A DNA stretch of 64,000 nt, from assembly GCF_018977255.1 (NCBI RefSeq), contig NW_024704751.1:4216001-4280000 (forward strand), given 5' to 3'. Source of the DNA: Callorhinchus milii. Its lineage: Eukaryota. A model generated the notes under the pieces. It was not told where the DNA came from and ran no database searches. It saw only the letters and a list, made by a program, of their open reading frames with translations. This document shows, in pieces, positions 45,201-61,690 of the stretch. The translations under genes and the position numbers were made by a program. Within the stretch, counting starts at the first letter, position 1; each line of letters begins with the position of its first letter.

Positions 45201-47860
45201 ATCACTCTATAAAAACATTGAAGCTAATCGTGTGCAACTAGGAATTGAATTGCATACTAAGCAAGCTACTGGAAAATTCTTCTTCGATGATTGGAAAATT
45301 TTTGTTTTGTCCTTTCTGAGGAGTACCTACACAACAGGCAGACACCATCAAGAACAAGTCCTAGCTTGATCTAGTGGCAGTTATTTTTAATAACAAATCT
45401 CATTACAAATTGTTGCATGTCAAGCCTCACTGACAAATTAATCGCTGCATCACCTCTTGCCAGGTGTAGGCTGCTCCCCGCTTTCACAATTGGCAGCTCA
45501 GCTCGCAGCTTCTCAATCTGCGGCATTTCCATCCCATAAACCACTTGCTGCTCACACCACACCTGTCTACTTAAGTGAGTCACACTCAAGTAAGTTAGGC
45601 CAAACTTCTCCATTGGTGTCCGTTTGTCCTGCTTTTGTCTTTTAGCGACTGTGCAGTCAGGGTTTGGGCCACTTGCCTCTCCGGGCTCAGGTGACAGATT
45701 GATGGATTGATGTTCATCCTTCCTATGATGAAGAGTATCCCACAGTTAACTCTTCGAGTACTGAAGCATGCAAAGAATTCCAAAAACATTCAGAGGTGAA
45801 AATTCATAAAAGACTAACACTGGTCATCACCATCGGGTCTCCTTCTACAGAAAGTGTCTCAGATGAGCACAGTAAATGCACCACATGATGCAGCAAAGAA
45901 CCATACAGATCTGAAAGATCCTGGGCCTGACCTCTTTTAGATACTGTCTTCTGAAAACTACTAATTTCACATACTTTCTTCTGCTTTCATATCTTCAGCC
46001 AGTATTCTTACTCCAAACTATTATGCAATGACCTGCTGCTGGCAGTGTGAATTTACCCCTTAGATGAGGACAGGGTGTATAGGCTCAGCTTTAACACCTC
46101 CCAGCCCATATCAGTTAACCCCTCTCTCAATCAAACAGCCTATCAACACTACCGTCTGCACTCACATGGCAAATTGTCACTTAGATGAGAAGCTCAAGAC
46201 TTCCCAGGACCACTGCACATTCCAACACATTGCTGATTTCCCAAAGAAATCCAAAGGTTACCATTATCCGGAAAGATAAGACAAAGTTCAAAAAAGTTAA
46301 AATAAAGTTCAAGAAACAAGTTTTTCCCCACCCCGTTATTTCATATTGATTTGTGTGAGGGCATCAGAAAAAAAATGAATATATAATAGGAATTCAACCT
46401 CACAGCATAAGCAAATATTAAGATCAGCAATTGTGCATTTTACATAAATCATTTTACATGGAGTTTCAATTCAACGACTGTATTTCCAAATGAGTTCAAA
46501 ACACAGCAACACCCACTATTGACTAAGAACTTACTGTTTATTTGAATACAACTGAGTTTTCCTTCATATTTTAGTAAACAAAATTGATTCCCTTATAGGT
46601 AGTGAAAGCATTAGTTTCTCATTCCTATCTGGCATTAAACAAATTTAACTCGATCCATATTTAATTATTTAATGTCAAAAGTCAGCCAATCCCTCCGTGC
46701 ATTACCAGGTGGAGGTCAGATACACTCAGCAGCGGCTCAGCTACCTGCTTGTCAGTGCAGCTGTCTCTTGGTTGCTACAGCAAGGCTCAGACTTGACTGG
46801 TGTGCGATCATTGTCTTCATCACTCGGTTCAGGTTTTCCTGAGAATTTAGGAAATACAGACTTCATACATTTTTTTAAAAACCAGGTTGCATGCTGAATT
46901 CTAACATAACTGACTTTCAAATCTAAACTATATTTCTATAACTAGATGAGATCTAACATTAAAAGAATAAAGTGCTGTATGTCCTTAATAATCTTATGAC
47001 ATTTGGATTTTAAACAGTTAAGAGCAACGCCAAACGATCCAGTAATGCTCCCGTACTCCAGACCAGGTTGGGAGACGCTATCCTGTATGAAAGGCGCTAT
47101 ATAAATGCAAGGTGTTGTCAGTTTGCATCCCAGTCTGCACTGATTTAGCTGATCTTAAATGTAATTTTATTGTTGTTGTTCTTGTTGTCTCAGGTGCGGG
47201 AGGCAGCGTAATTGGCTATCGCAATAGGGTTCACTGATTTGGGTGGAGGTGAGGAGTTTGTAGGAAATAAATCAGATCTCCCAATTCCTATCCAGTGACG
47301 CTTCCCCTCCTCGGCAGATATACCAACACACACACCATTTGGTGGGTATTTATTTGTATGTGCAAATAAACAGAATTTTACGCGTAGGACAACTTTTTAT
47401 GTGCAGGTTGGGGAGGGGGGAGGAGGGTTGCGGAGGGGGAGAGGAGGGGTTGGGAGGGGAGAGAGGAGGGTTGGGGAGGGGGGAGAGGAGGGGTTAGGAG
47501 GGGGAGAGGAGGGGTTGGGAGGGGAGAGAGGAGAGAGGGCTTGGGAGGGGAGAGAGGAGAGAGGGCTTGGGGAGGGGGGAGAGGAGGGCTTGGGGAGGGG
47601 GGAGAGGAGGGGTTGGGGAGGAGAGAAAGGTTTTTTTTCGCTGAACTGTGCATTATTATTATTAATATGCATTTGACGCAGCGCCTTATTGATCACGTCG
47701 CTGAGACGCCTCGAAGCGCTGACTCAAGACAGTTGCCCAGACCTCCGTCAGTCTGCGGTTGGGTGTGACAGCCCCGGGGCTTCGGGCCGCACAGCTGCTC
47801 CAAATCCAGCTCCAGGAGCTCAGCGTCGCTGATCTCAAACACATCCGGCTGTCCGGTCAT
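42238..47860 (-). CDS. EXO5: Exonuclease V, copy 2 (near-identical; real duplicate or second haplotype)
   Basis: Exons 47860-47743, 46838-46745, 45722-45454, 44943-44839, 44180-44008, 42723-42238. The ORF-track translations match copy 1. The only exonic difference I noticed is a synonymous change in the last exon. Confidence 0.8.
43151..43460 (+). mobile_element. Counterpart of the 35739 SINE in EXO5 copy 2
   Basis: Same position and the same private tail variant (atcaagtgcaag), plus a 13-bp internal deletion. Confidence 0.9.
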
Positions 47861-48967
47861 GGCCGTGGCCTGGGGTCTGAGCCTGAGGCCTGAGCCTGGG
47901 CGCCTGAGCCTGGGGCCTGAGCCTGGAGGCCTGAGCCTGGGGCCTGAGCCTGGAGGCCTGAGCCTGGGGCTCTGAGCCTGGGGGCCTGAGCCTGGGGCTC
48001 TGAGCCTGGGGGCCTGAGCCTGGGGCTCTGAGCCTGGGGGCCTGAGGGCCTGAGGCCTCGGGTTCGCCTCCGGAGCGCGGATCCAGCAGCTCCTCTCAGT
48101 CCGGCTGTAATAAGCGTCCCCCACCACAGCCGAGGTGCCGCACATTCGTTCCGGGTTGAAAAGTTCCCCCCCCACCGACCGACGTGTCTCTGTCTCTCAC
48201 TCACTGTTACTCCCTCCATCACCACCCGGAGGAATCCGACGCTTTTCTGTTCAGACGGTGACGTGTTATATTCTCTCTCTCTTTCTCTCCGCGGCCCCAA
48301 GTAATTTTTTTCCCCCCCAAAAAAATCATCAACGAGAACAAAGAGTTAACAACCACAAAAATATTTATTTTAAATTAAAAAATAAAACGAAATGACGAAA
48401 TAAAAATTATTAAAATTGAAGAAAATTCATCGAATAACCGTGTTAAATGATTGTATCGAATAAATAAACAAACAAACAAACAAACACAAATACTGATTAA
48501 CACTAAATAGATAATTGTTAATAGCCGTTATTGTGTGTAAATGTATATTATTAAAAAGCGAACTTTTTGGGGGAAAAAAAGGCGGCGCGTGGATCGGCAC
48601 AACCCGCCGATCACGGTTCGGCGACTGAGAGGAACTTTTTTTTTAATTTAATTTTTTTTAAAAAAAAACAAGGAACCGGGAGCAGTGGTTGTTCTTCACG
48701 GTGATAGAGAGATCGCGACCGGTTTACGGTGTCAAAACGATTTTTTTATTTCTTTCTTGTGGTGAAAAAAAATAGTAAAAGGTGGCGGCGTGAACTACTT
48801 TGTCCAGGCGGAGGCGGACCCACCGACCGGGAGGGCGGTTTGGCGGTGTCGCCATGGCAACGTGGCCGCGGGAAGGAGGCGGAGAGAAGGCGCGACTCGC
48901 TGCTCCTGTGAGGAATTCACACACAACACAACACACAACTGTGTGAGGGGGAGAGGAACCCAATACA

Positions 48968-49252
48968 NNNNNNNNNNNNNNNNNNNNNNNNNNNNNNNNN
49001 NNNNNNNNNNNNNNNNNNNNNNNNNNNNNNNNNNNNNNNNNNNNNNNNNNNNNNNNNNNNNNNNNNNNNNNNNNNNNNNNNNNNNNNNNNNNNNNNNNNN
49101 NNNNNNNNNNNNNNNNNNNNNNNNNNNNNNNNNNNNNNNNNNNNNNNNNNNNNNNNNNNNNNNNNNNNNNNNNNNNNNNNNNNNNNNNNNNNNNNNNNNN
49201 NNNNNNNNNNNNNNNNNNNNNNNNNNNNNNNNNNNNNNNNNNNNNNNNNNNN
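48968..49252. other. Assembly gap (285 N)
   Basis: Run of N. Confidence 1.
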
Positions 49253-49980
49253 GGAAAGAAGGAAGGAAGGGAAAAATCGATATTTTAAGTCAAAAGAACG
49301 GACAGGAGAGGTGTTGAAGGGAAGAGAAGAGAAGAAGTTCGGGAGAGGAGGGGAGAGGAGGCCGGTGTGGACATGGGTTTGCACGTCACGGTGTCGCTTG
49401 AAGCTGAGGAGAAACACAGAAGAGAGTAGAGAGGCCATTAATCTAAAGAGGCATCGAGCGGGGTCGGGGGGTCGGTGGTGAAAAGGGGGGAACATATCCC
49501 CCAAAGACTTATAAAGTGAAGAGAGGCCAAGATTGATCCAACCCCCAACACTCCACAGACACACTCCCCCCCCCCCCAACCCCCCTCTCTCCCCCCCCCA
49601 CCCCCCACACACACACATCCCCAAATCCCCAACGTCTTGGAAGTTTCGCTCAGAAGTTAAAAAAAAACACCACCGAAAATTAATTTGTTTTGGCCGCTGC
49701 TGTCCAAACTTTTTTTTCACACACACACAGTGTTTTAAAAAAAAAGGGGCAGAAAGAAAGGAGAAATATCCTTCACTGAGAGGAGAGGTGGTGGGGGTGG
49801 GTGGGTGGCAAAAAGGGGTTGAGAAAAATAGGTATTTCTGGGGCATTTTGGGTGGAAAAGATGCTGATTTAAGATCATAGGGAACATGTGGTTCGTGTAC
49901 CCAAAAAAAGAACTGACGCCCAGGCTCAGAGGTTAAGGGTTGTAGGGGATTTCAGAGGCTGAGGGTGAGGGTGGGGTGTT

Positions 49981-52875
<2,895 letters not shown>

Positions 52876-55800
52876 ACTGTTCGAGGCCAGTATCAAAGAA
52901 CATCAGATATTCCATGGATTAGCTACAGATCCATACATTGAGTTGTTCAAATGGCCTTTTTTTTATTATGTCAAGTGCTGTAACAGAAAATATTGCATCG
53001 AACCAAGCAGAATACAAGAAGCTCATCTGGTTTCATCTCCTCTCATCTTTTATATCTTAAAAGCATTGAGCTAAGCTCTTTTCAACACATTTGAGTCAAC
53101 CTAGCCTTATACCAGCTGGTTCTATCTCATTAGTCTCACCTAATTGTAAACCTACTAATGGAATGAAAAGGAATCCGTTTATTTCATTTGATGGAAGAAG
53201 TAATGGCTATCCTTGTACCTAAAATTGACACTGTTGTTTACGTGATCTTGCCAGCAAAAGGGGAAAACTGGTGTTCAGACATGGAAGTTCTCGGGTCTTT
53301 AAGACCAGAAATAATTACAATTGTTGATCCTCTAGTTTGATTTTCCTGAGCTCTATTTACACCCCCCCACCCCACTTCACCCCAAGTTACTGAAAAAGAG
53401 TGATGTTTTCATATTGATTTCTATTAACCCCGTTTACAGCAATGGTTTGAATTATTTGAGAGTAGTAGAAACCTTTAATCAGCTTATTGTTTGAGCAACA
53501 TTCTGTGTTAAATCCTATACAGATTCTTTAAAGGATTGAGATGTTTTGTGGGAAGCATAGGTTCAAAAACCTGCTAACTATAATAGGCAAAACGTTAATC
53601 CAAATCTCTGCTAGAGCTCAATAATAGCCCATATTTTCTAGAATATCATGGGTGGACAACTTGACCAACAGAACAATTGTTTTTTTTTCTTGCTTTTATC
53701 CCTTTCTTTATTCAGCTCAGTTCACTCAATATCTTATTCTGCCTCCCTATCAGAAATTATGCATCCGTGTGCCTGGCAGCCTATTCCCCATGCATCCTAC
53801 TTTCTGATATCAGTAGTAGTGCTCAGCTTTGCTCTCCTTCTTTGTCAGAGTGAGGAATAACAAAGAATATAGGTAGGATCCAACATATTCCAACTTGCAA
53901 AGAGCAATTGAAGGTGCTCCATAGTTGAGAGTATCTTGCAACAGCCATTGTGCAATGGGACAGATCAACAGATGGAGGTACACAGACTTGTAGAACTGTG
54001 AGTCAGTTTAGCATCAGTCCAGGTTTGTGGGGGAGTCACGAATCAGACACAGCCACAATTGGTACAACCTTTGGAAATCAAATCCATCATAGTTGTGAGA
54101 TAAATCTCCCCTTTTTGACCAATGTGAGGAAGCCACATGAAATGAATTGATATCTCAATCTAGTTTCTTGCAAAAAAAAAGGTAGAGATGTCAGAACAAA
54201 TTTACCTCTAGCAGAGGTTTTAGCAGACCCTCATTTTAGGTTACGTGGGAACTTTCATATGCAAATCGACGGCAGGCATGAATTCCATCATCGATTGTCT
54301 TCATCCAAATAACCCAAATAGCCACAACTCACGTCTCAGTCCTCAGCTGTCACTGTTATTTAACAACTACCTCTTCACAGCCTGTTTTAAAAGAATTAGG
54401 TTGCCCACCCTGTCAGTCCTTGGTGTAGGGTGACCCAATTGGGGAAAAAGAAACTGCGATAATAAACAATAAAATGCTCTATATTTTCATTCCAAGTTTT
54501 GCTTTGTGCCAAAAAGGCAAACTCATGGCGCAGAATCAATTTATTAAAATATGATAAGATTAAGCAAGGTTAATTCTTGATTATGAAGACTTCAATCTAC
54601 GACTCTAGGTGTAAACAGGAAAAGATATACCCATTGTATCTGATTGTAATTGTAACAACATTTTCATATTACATTAGTCATTGAAACCTAGACTGAAAAG
54701 AGCAGAGATTCTAGGGCAGGGTGATATGCTACACTTTTATGAGGATCTTTTCAAATCCATTCAATCCCCTTCACTGGAATGTCTCATTTCTATACTTGAC
54801 CAAAACTTTGAAACTAGTTCCTTCCAGATAATCTCATTCCTGTGTGTTCCATGCTATGAATTAGCACATTTTAAATCTATGCAAGTATCTTTTTGGAGGC
54901 TTTCTCATCCAAATCCTCAATGCCAGTTAGAGAAAGCTCGCTATGCAATATAGTGTGTGAGTTGTAGTCGTACAACTCAAACGCAGAGCCACAGTTATAC
55001 GATGAACGCTTAACATTGAAGTCCTTTTCTGGTGTATGTGTGTGTTTTGTATTCTTTCCTTAAAAANGTTGAGTTCTGTAGAAATCTGTTACGGGAAGCT
55101 GAGAATACGCATTCTTTTCACAAGAGTACATAGAGGATTCTTTGCCTACTTCAAAACCAAACGGGTAATAAAACTCCAGATAGGCTGGAGAGAGCACTAA
55201 TGTAATGGAAGTGTATGTTGGCCACTTGAAGCCTCACCCTCAAAAGACTCTTGTTAAAAATCATGTAATTTGCAGAATCCCTTAGTTGTAAAGCAGTTTC
55301 AATTTTAAAAGATTCTATGGGTGCAATGCTCATTTACAAATGAAAAATGTGGATTTTATTTGTGGTACTCCATCAATTCTACTCAGGAACAGAGCTGTTT
55401 GTGTTTACTCTACTGCTGTACCCAGAATTATTAAAACATTTTGATTGAAGCTTTTTNAAACATTTGTTTGTCGTTTGAGCAGATTAAAGTGGTTCCATAC
55501 AAGTTTTCAGCCACATTACATCGCGAGAGATGGCAACACAGCAAAAATTCAACAGCTGTAGCTTCTTTAAAAAGTTTATTATAATTTACAGCATTGTCAC
55601 ATCACAAAGCTCTGTAGAATGTTAAAGCTCCAAATTATGATTGATTTTTTTTTAAAAAACTGAATCCAACAAGACCCACCCACATCAGCTCAAAGCAAAA
55701 CCAAGGTCCTGCAACACACAAAAAATGGTCTTGTTTCAGACTATTGAGCAAGTTTAATAGGATGAACAGAATTTAAACCAGTAACTCACTACGCAGCTTC

Positions 55801-58800
55801 ACTTCCAATTGTGAACACTACGCATCACCTAAGACAAAGTGAACCTTAATATTTTAGATTGAACGTGTTGATCTTCAGAAAAAAATTAAAAACTGGACAT
55901 GAATTAAAAATGTCCTCCCCACCCCACCACTCCAAATATCCGAACCATTCAAACATTTTTCATAAAGTCCTGGAATGTTGCTAGTCTTATCAACAGGGAC
56001 TGTGATGATTTTAACTCTATGGCAAATTGTAATACAATAGAATGAAGCCGAAGTAAATCGTCATTGAGTTTATTCCTCCATTATAGCCAGGGATTGTCTT
56101 ATCAATTTTTCTTCAGCTTTAATTTGTACGGATGAAATCGGGAATGAATCGAAGGCATCCTCGTGAGATCGACAGTTCAATACACCAGCTTGACCTGTGC
56201 TGTGATCAGGGAGAGCAACCACGTGGAAGTCTAAACCACATGGCCTTGCTCTCCTTTAGCAGAAGAGCTACAACCTGGAAGAGAGGAGGAAAGTGGGAAT
56301 ATAAATGTCTCTTCCCCCCCCCCCCTCCCTACCTCCCTCTCTGCAGGAGGAGCAATTAACAACTTCAGATGCTTCATTCATCACAAAACTCAAGCAACGT
56401 GAGGCAGAATGTGTGTTGTGCAAAAACCAAGAGAGGGAGAAAAAAACAGTTCTATGAAAACTCGATCTTGAGGAGACCCATGCACGACAAATTAAAATCT
56501 ACCCCAACCATGTCCTGTAGTATATAATGGGCGCAGAAGCTGAAAGGAAGATTGCACTATAAAACTGTCCATAGCTCAACTTTGAATTGAATTGGCAACG
56601 TGACTCAGGATCGCTGGTGTAGTCAACAGTAACGCCACACGTGTAATAATGGGCATTCTTCCATGAGGTGGAGGGACGTCGCTGGAGGAGAACAAACAGA
56701 CCTTTACCACTTCACTTACCCAGGTGCTACGCTTAACCTCCGACACTGAGCAGAATGTACCCCTAACTTCAGACATCAATTGAACCCCAATATCATTGTT
56801 GAAAATGTAATAAAAATACTTTACATGGAATTTCAGTCATTTTCTACACATAGCAGGGATCCATGATAATACCAAAATCAAATTTATTTATTATTTGCAC
56901 GTGAATCACTAATTTCCATTCACACAATACATGTGTAGAAATTGCAACATTTACATAACCACCTTAGCTTGCTCGCTTTCCCTTTTTTTAAAAAAAAAAC
57001 TTGCAATTGTCCATCGTCCCCCATGTTACCTTGGATCCCAAGCAGGAGTTCCTCCCTTTAACCTGTCTGCAAGAGACAGGTTGATAAAACTAGGGAAGGA
57101 AACCAGCACAATCTACTTCCACTTCTCCTCCGCTGTCCGTTTAATCACTTAAACCATCACTTCAACTTGTTCCATCGAACACACTATTAAGAGACCTGTC
57201 CAATCAACAGAAGCAGACTTCAGACAAGTTGGGTCATCTCTATCGCATCACGTTTGAAAGACAATAACAAAGCCCAAACGATTCCATCGGAAACCTGCAG
57301 CCCATTGAGTTGAATTTTTTCTGTTTAACTTAACACACAACCGTTTGGAAAGTGAGGGGGGGGGGAAGGAGGGAGGGGTGGTATTTTGTTTGAAAAGAGA
57401 ACTTTTATCTTGAGTATCCCATTCAGTGAGAATCACAGGCAATTTGTTTTTAAACCGCCATACAAATTGAAGGGAAAAAGCATAAAAAGGTAAATGTGGG
57501 GTGAGTGGGACTTGACAGATAGCTCTGAAAGAGAGCTGGCACCGGTACGATGGACTGAATAACCTGTGTGCGATTCTAACTGGCATGTGCTCAGGTAGCT
57601 TTCAAATAACACACTTGCAATTATTTTTCTTTTCAACGCGGGACCAGAATGTAAAGGCCTACAATGTCATTGGGTCCCACAAAATGTTTAGCTGAATTAT
57701 TATACAACTACAGGCCACTGGATATTCATAGCGCATTTATTTATCCAGCTCGCAATTCATTGCTAGGCCACCACAGTATTGCTATAGCTGCTTGGCTGAG
57801 CCGGGATATTCGTGCAAACTTCTTACAATCTTCCATTGAACCATGTTCCGAACAAGTGCTTTAGTAGCAGAAGCCTCTTCTTCCTTCTTTGGTCTGTCTA
57901 ATCCCTCATATAAAAGGGCTAAGAGGAAGCCTTGCCACAACTCTTAAAAGAAAAACCTTACAAGTGCTTTTAGTAGTTTTAAAGTGGCTTAGAAAGAATT
58001 GCCAAATGGTTTGCAAACGCTGCATTGCCAATCGCAACTCACGTTTAAAAGCCGGATGGTCATTAAAGGAGCAGTCCACTCTAACCATACCAACCATGGA
58101 TATACTAGTTTTTAAAATTATAAAGCTGCCTCTTATGAAACAAGCTGCAATTTCCAATCGAGCAACGCAGAAGCTGTGAGATGCCTCAGTTTTGTAAACA
58201 TCGATTGAAAGGAGAACTGAATTCTGTCCCATCACATCACCATTTGTAGAAACCAAAACTCGGAGTGTTTCAATGAATTGAAGGCGTGGCACACGCAAAG
58301 TTTTTGGAAACTTTTTTCTTTGGGGTGGGGGGTGTGGAGAGTTCCAACATATTCTTCCAGCACCTACTTCAACAGAGCATATACGTCATGGAGCCAAAAC
58401 CAGGACACATTTTAAATAGGTGCAGTCCGCGATTGAGAGATTATGCATTTTGTACAGTGAAGAGTCACCACGCACCTCCCCCCTGGCCTCCAATGCCAAC
58501 TGTTCCTTGCAGTTTGGTTGTACTGGGAAATCACACAGAATCATTCTGTTTACTGCATTTGCTACCTGCCTTTTGGGTTGGTTAAGGTGGACTGCTCCTT
58601 TCGATTGAGGAAGATTAGACCTTTCGAAATGTACATTAACCCTTCGACAAATAATGGGTTGCCCTAGTCACGTGCGTGCATCTGCGCAAAAGCATACACT
58701 TTACTTAACTACACGCACCTTTCAGTGGGCTATTTTTTTTTGTTGCAGGCATACACACTGCAAGGTCCCATAATTAAAGGCAAATATCTCATTTAAAGGA

Positions 58801-59631
58801 TTGTCAGCCAGTTAGGATGTATCAAATACTGTACGGTAAGCATCAGGGGGCGATGTCAGAAACGCCAGGAATGAGCCACGTTGAGAACCGATACGCTCTC
58901 GATGTCCCACTAGTTGAGAAATAACAGGTACGCTTAACTGAACTGGCGTGCATTGGAAGAAATTGTTCACTACCATTTACACAGAAACGAGCAGTAAAGA
59001 TACTGTATACAGAATTACAACCGACGTGAAATCTCGATACTCCGATGAAGCTTCTTGCCCACTATCGTTCTGGCATCCCATCCCACATACAAGAGGGTCG
59101 TAATCGCTGCTTCACCCAGCAACTCTGTACTACGCACGTCTTGGCCCAGGTTGGAATGGGCAAATGTCACGCTTGCATCTTTAGCCAGAATGCACTTTGC
59201 ATACAACCCTGTGCAACCATTTAAGTCCTTAAAGAAAATAACCGACATTCAGTGTTCGGTCCTGGATAGTTTCAGATCGGAGATCCCCACAGATGAACTG
59301 GAGCCGGATAGCTTGCATCTCGACACCATGTCCAGTCTGTGCACAGACTGTAAATCCTTTATTCATTCCCCAAAAAAAATTAATAGAAAAACTTCCCTCG
59401 TGGTTTAATTTCCTGCTTAAATGTTAACGGTGTTAACTTTTGAAAATGAAATTGCTAACTTTATCCCCGTGGTGGTTTAATGTAGGCTATGTTGCAAGGA
59501 GCAAAAAGAAATTGAGTCTCGAACAGGTTAAGAAGCAATTGGACAGTTTAAAGAATGACTGCAGACGAGGATTCAAAAGAATATTCTTTCTTCTTCGAAC
59601 AAAAAGCACGACACAGTATTTGTTGTTTCAG

Positions 59632-60922
59632 TCACTGGTCATCTCGAAGGACCAATTCACTGCCGTTGTATTCCGTCGTCTCGAGTTCAACGCTGGACAG
59701 AAATCGCCTCGCTGCTTTCCTGCAGTTGTAATCCACGGTGGTGGTGTAGACAGTCTTTGCGCACTTGGGATACACAATGGTGGTGCTCAGGAATCGCAGA
59801 GGTTTGAGTCGCGGTTGAAATCTCAGCTCGGTCTTGTAGCTCCGCCACGTGCAGTTGGGGACACAGACGACTGTCTGGCTGCAGGAAGCGATTCCAAAGG
59901 TTAACGGCAGGAACACGTTGTCGATATAGTGCCTGTCCGAGTCGTACCTCACCGAGGAGGTGTACCTGGATCACACAGACATCATTAATTATATTAAGAA
60001 CGTTCATGGAACACAACAATAATAATAAAAAAAAAGCATTCCTTGCCTTTGATATTGCGTCTTTCACATCAGGACAACGTCTCAAAGAGCTTTGTGGTAT
60101 ATGCTGTAAAGTGGAGTGACTATTTTGTAGGAGAATGTATAAATTATTAAGTATAAGTGCTCTGAGACGCTACCCTGTTTGGAGGGGGCTATATAAGTGC
60201 AACTTGTTGTATTACAGTACGAGGAGTCCTGTAGCTCAGTGGTTAGAGCGCTCGCCTCACAAGCGAGAGACCTGGGTTTGATTCCCGGCAGAGTGAAATG
60301 TTGGGCAGGTTTTCTTACACCATATGCCTCTGTTTGCCTCGCGGTAAATAGGAACCCGGTTGTTAGATTGGCAGATCGCTTTTCCGTAGGTAATAATTCC
60401 TTCCTTAAAATAATAATAAATTGGTCACTCAATCCACGACTTCTTTGTGGGACGCTGCTGTGCGCAATTTGCTGCCGTGCTTCGCCCACATAATATACAG
60501 TCAATTCATTTTACGGTATATTCTGTGAAGCGCTTTGAGACGACTCAAAGACGTGATAAGGCGCTGCATCAAATAAAGGGTTATTGTTATAGCTTTCTCC
60601 CTCCACAGACCCTCGCTCAACTATGAGCTAACCACAGCCTGTGTTACGGCAGGTTCCCGAAGAATAGCGGTGGCTGAGTTTGCCTGCGCACGACATCTCT
60701 CAAACAGAGGTTCAGCAGCACCCCCCCATTTCTTCATTTACAATACATCTCAGATGTTCAATGAAACATGTAACGCAACATCTCTCCCAGTGCTGCAGGA
60801 TGTTTCGTTTACCTGATCTCCTTTGGTGGCAGCGGATCAACTTCCACCCCTTCTCCAAATGACAGAGGATAGAGTCGGGGCCCAAAGCCTGTGACTAAGA
60901 AGGGGGAAGTGAACTGAGCGCC
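59632..60922 (-). CDS. RFLNB: Refilin B (FAM101B), last two coding exons; first exon not found in window
   Basis: Exon 60922-60813 ([21 protein letters not shown]) and exon 59965-59632 ([15 protein letters not shown]...[10 protein letters not shown]...[10 protein letters not shown]), phase-2 join. These motifs match RFLNB rather than RFLNA. Probable polyA signal at 55580-55575 (minus strand). Confidence 0.93.
60223..60590 (+). mobile_element. Long-form tRNA-derived SINE, near full length
   Basis: Same head type (anticodon loop ctcacaa). It retains the central gcctctgtttgcctcgcggtaaataggaacccggttgttag segment that the short form lacks, and has the same core and tail. Confidence 0.85.
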
Positions 60923-61419
60923 CTGTGAAAAACAGAATGGGAAAGATTAAATCTCCCGTCACAAGAAGCTTTCAGACAATCCAGAGCTGGTTTCAATACC
61001 AGCCAATCAGCCCCTTCTCTCTAAACCTCTATCCCAGAGCCCCTCTGTCTCGTTCCCTCCTTTTAAAACACATCTTTAGACCTTTCTTGTCGATTTACTC
61101 ACCTCTCTCTCTCTCTTCTTCCCCCCCACTCCCATTATTCCACAGCTCCCCTCTACTCCTAGCTCAGGTCCTAGATGATTCGATGAAGCACTTTGAAATG
61201 CCCTCCACATCAACGTGACAGGTGCTATATAAATGTAAAATTGTTGTAATAATCTTTGCACTTTACTTAACGCCTTATCACGTTGTCAAAACCTTTCAAA
61301 GGCACACAACAGGATTTGTACTGTGGGGTGCAGTGACTGTATTTGTAGGCAAACTTGAAGTACATTGAACGCTGTGTATGAACAATAGTAACATCCAACC
61401 TAGAAAGAATCACAATTTT

Positions 61420-61690
61420 AGTCTGTTTCAACGTGTCCAGAATACTAGAACCAGAGGACATGGCCTGCGATTGAAGGGACGTAAATTCAGAACAAATCTA
61501 CGCAAACACTATTTAAGTGAGCAAACAGTGAACCTGCGGAACAGGCTCCCGAGGGAGATAGTTGAATCAGGAAGTGTTGATTCTTTCAAAGACAGATTAG
61601 AGAGTTTTCTTTTAGGAAACAACATTATGGGACATAGGTAGTTTGGGGCATATGTGCATGGTATTTCTCGTCTAGTATTACTTATGTTCT
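61420..61690 (+). mobile_element. CR1-clade LINE ORF2 C-terminal fragment
   Basis: RTRGHGLRLKGRKFRTNLRKHYLSEQTVNLRNRLPREIVESGSVDSFKDRLE. Confidence 0.85.

Larger units (their letters stand above)
34617..48967. repeat. Tandem ~7 kb duplication (about 34617-41719 and 42037-48967)
   Basis: Colinear near-identity, with the offset drifting from about 7415 to 7168 through indels and VNTR changes. Both units end at the same base (ggaacccaataca), immediately followed by an N-gap. Confidence 0.95.

Noticed and set aside
59632-60922. Calling the gene RFLNA
   Set aside because: [24 protein letters not shown] and [10 protein letters not shown] are RFLNB-type, and the LIAT1 adjacency agrees.
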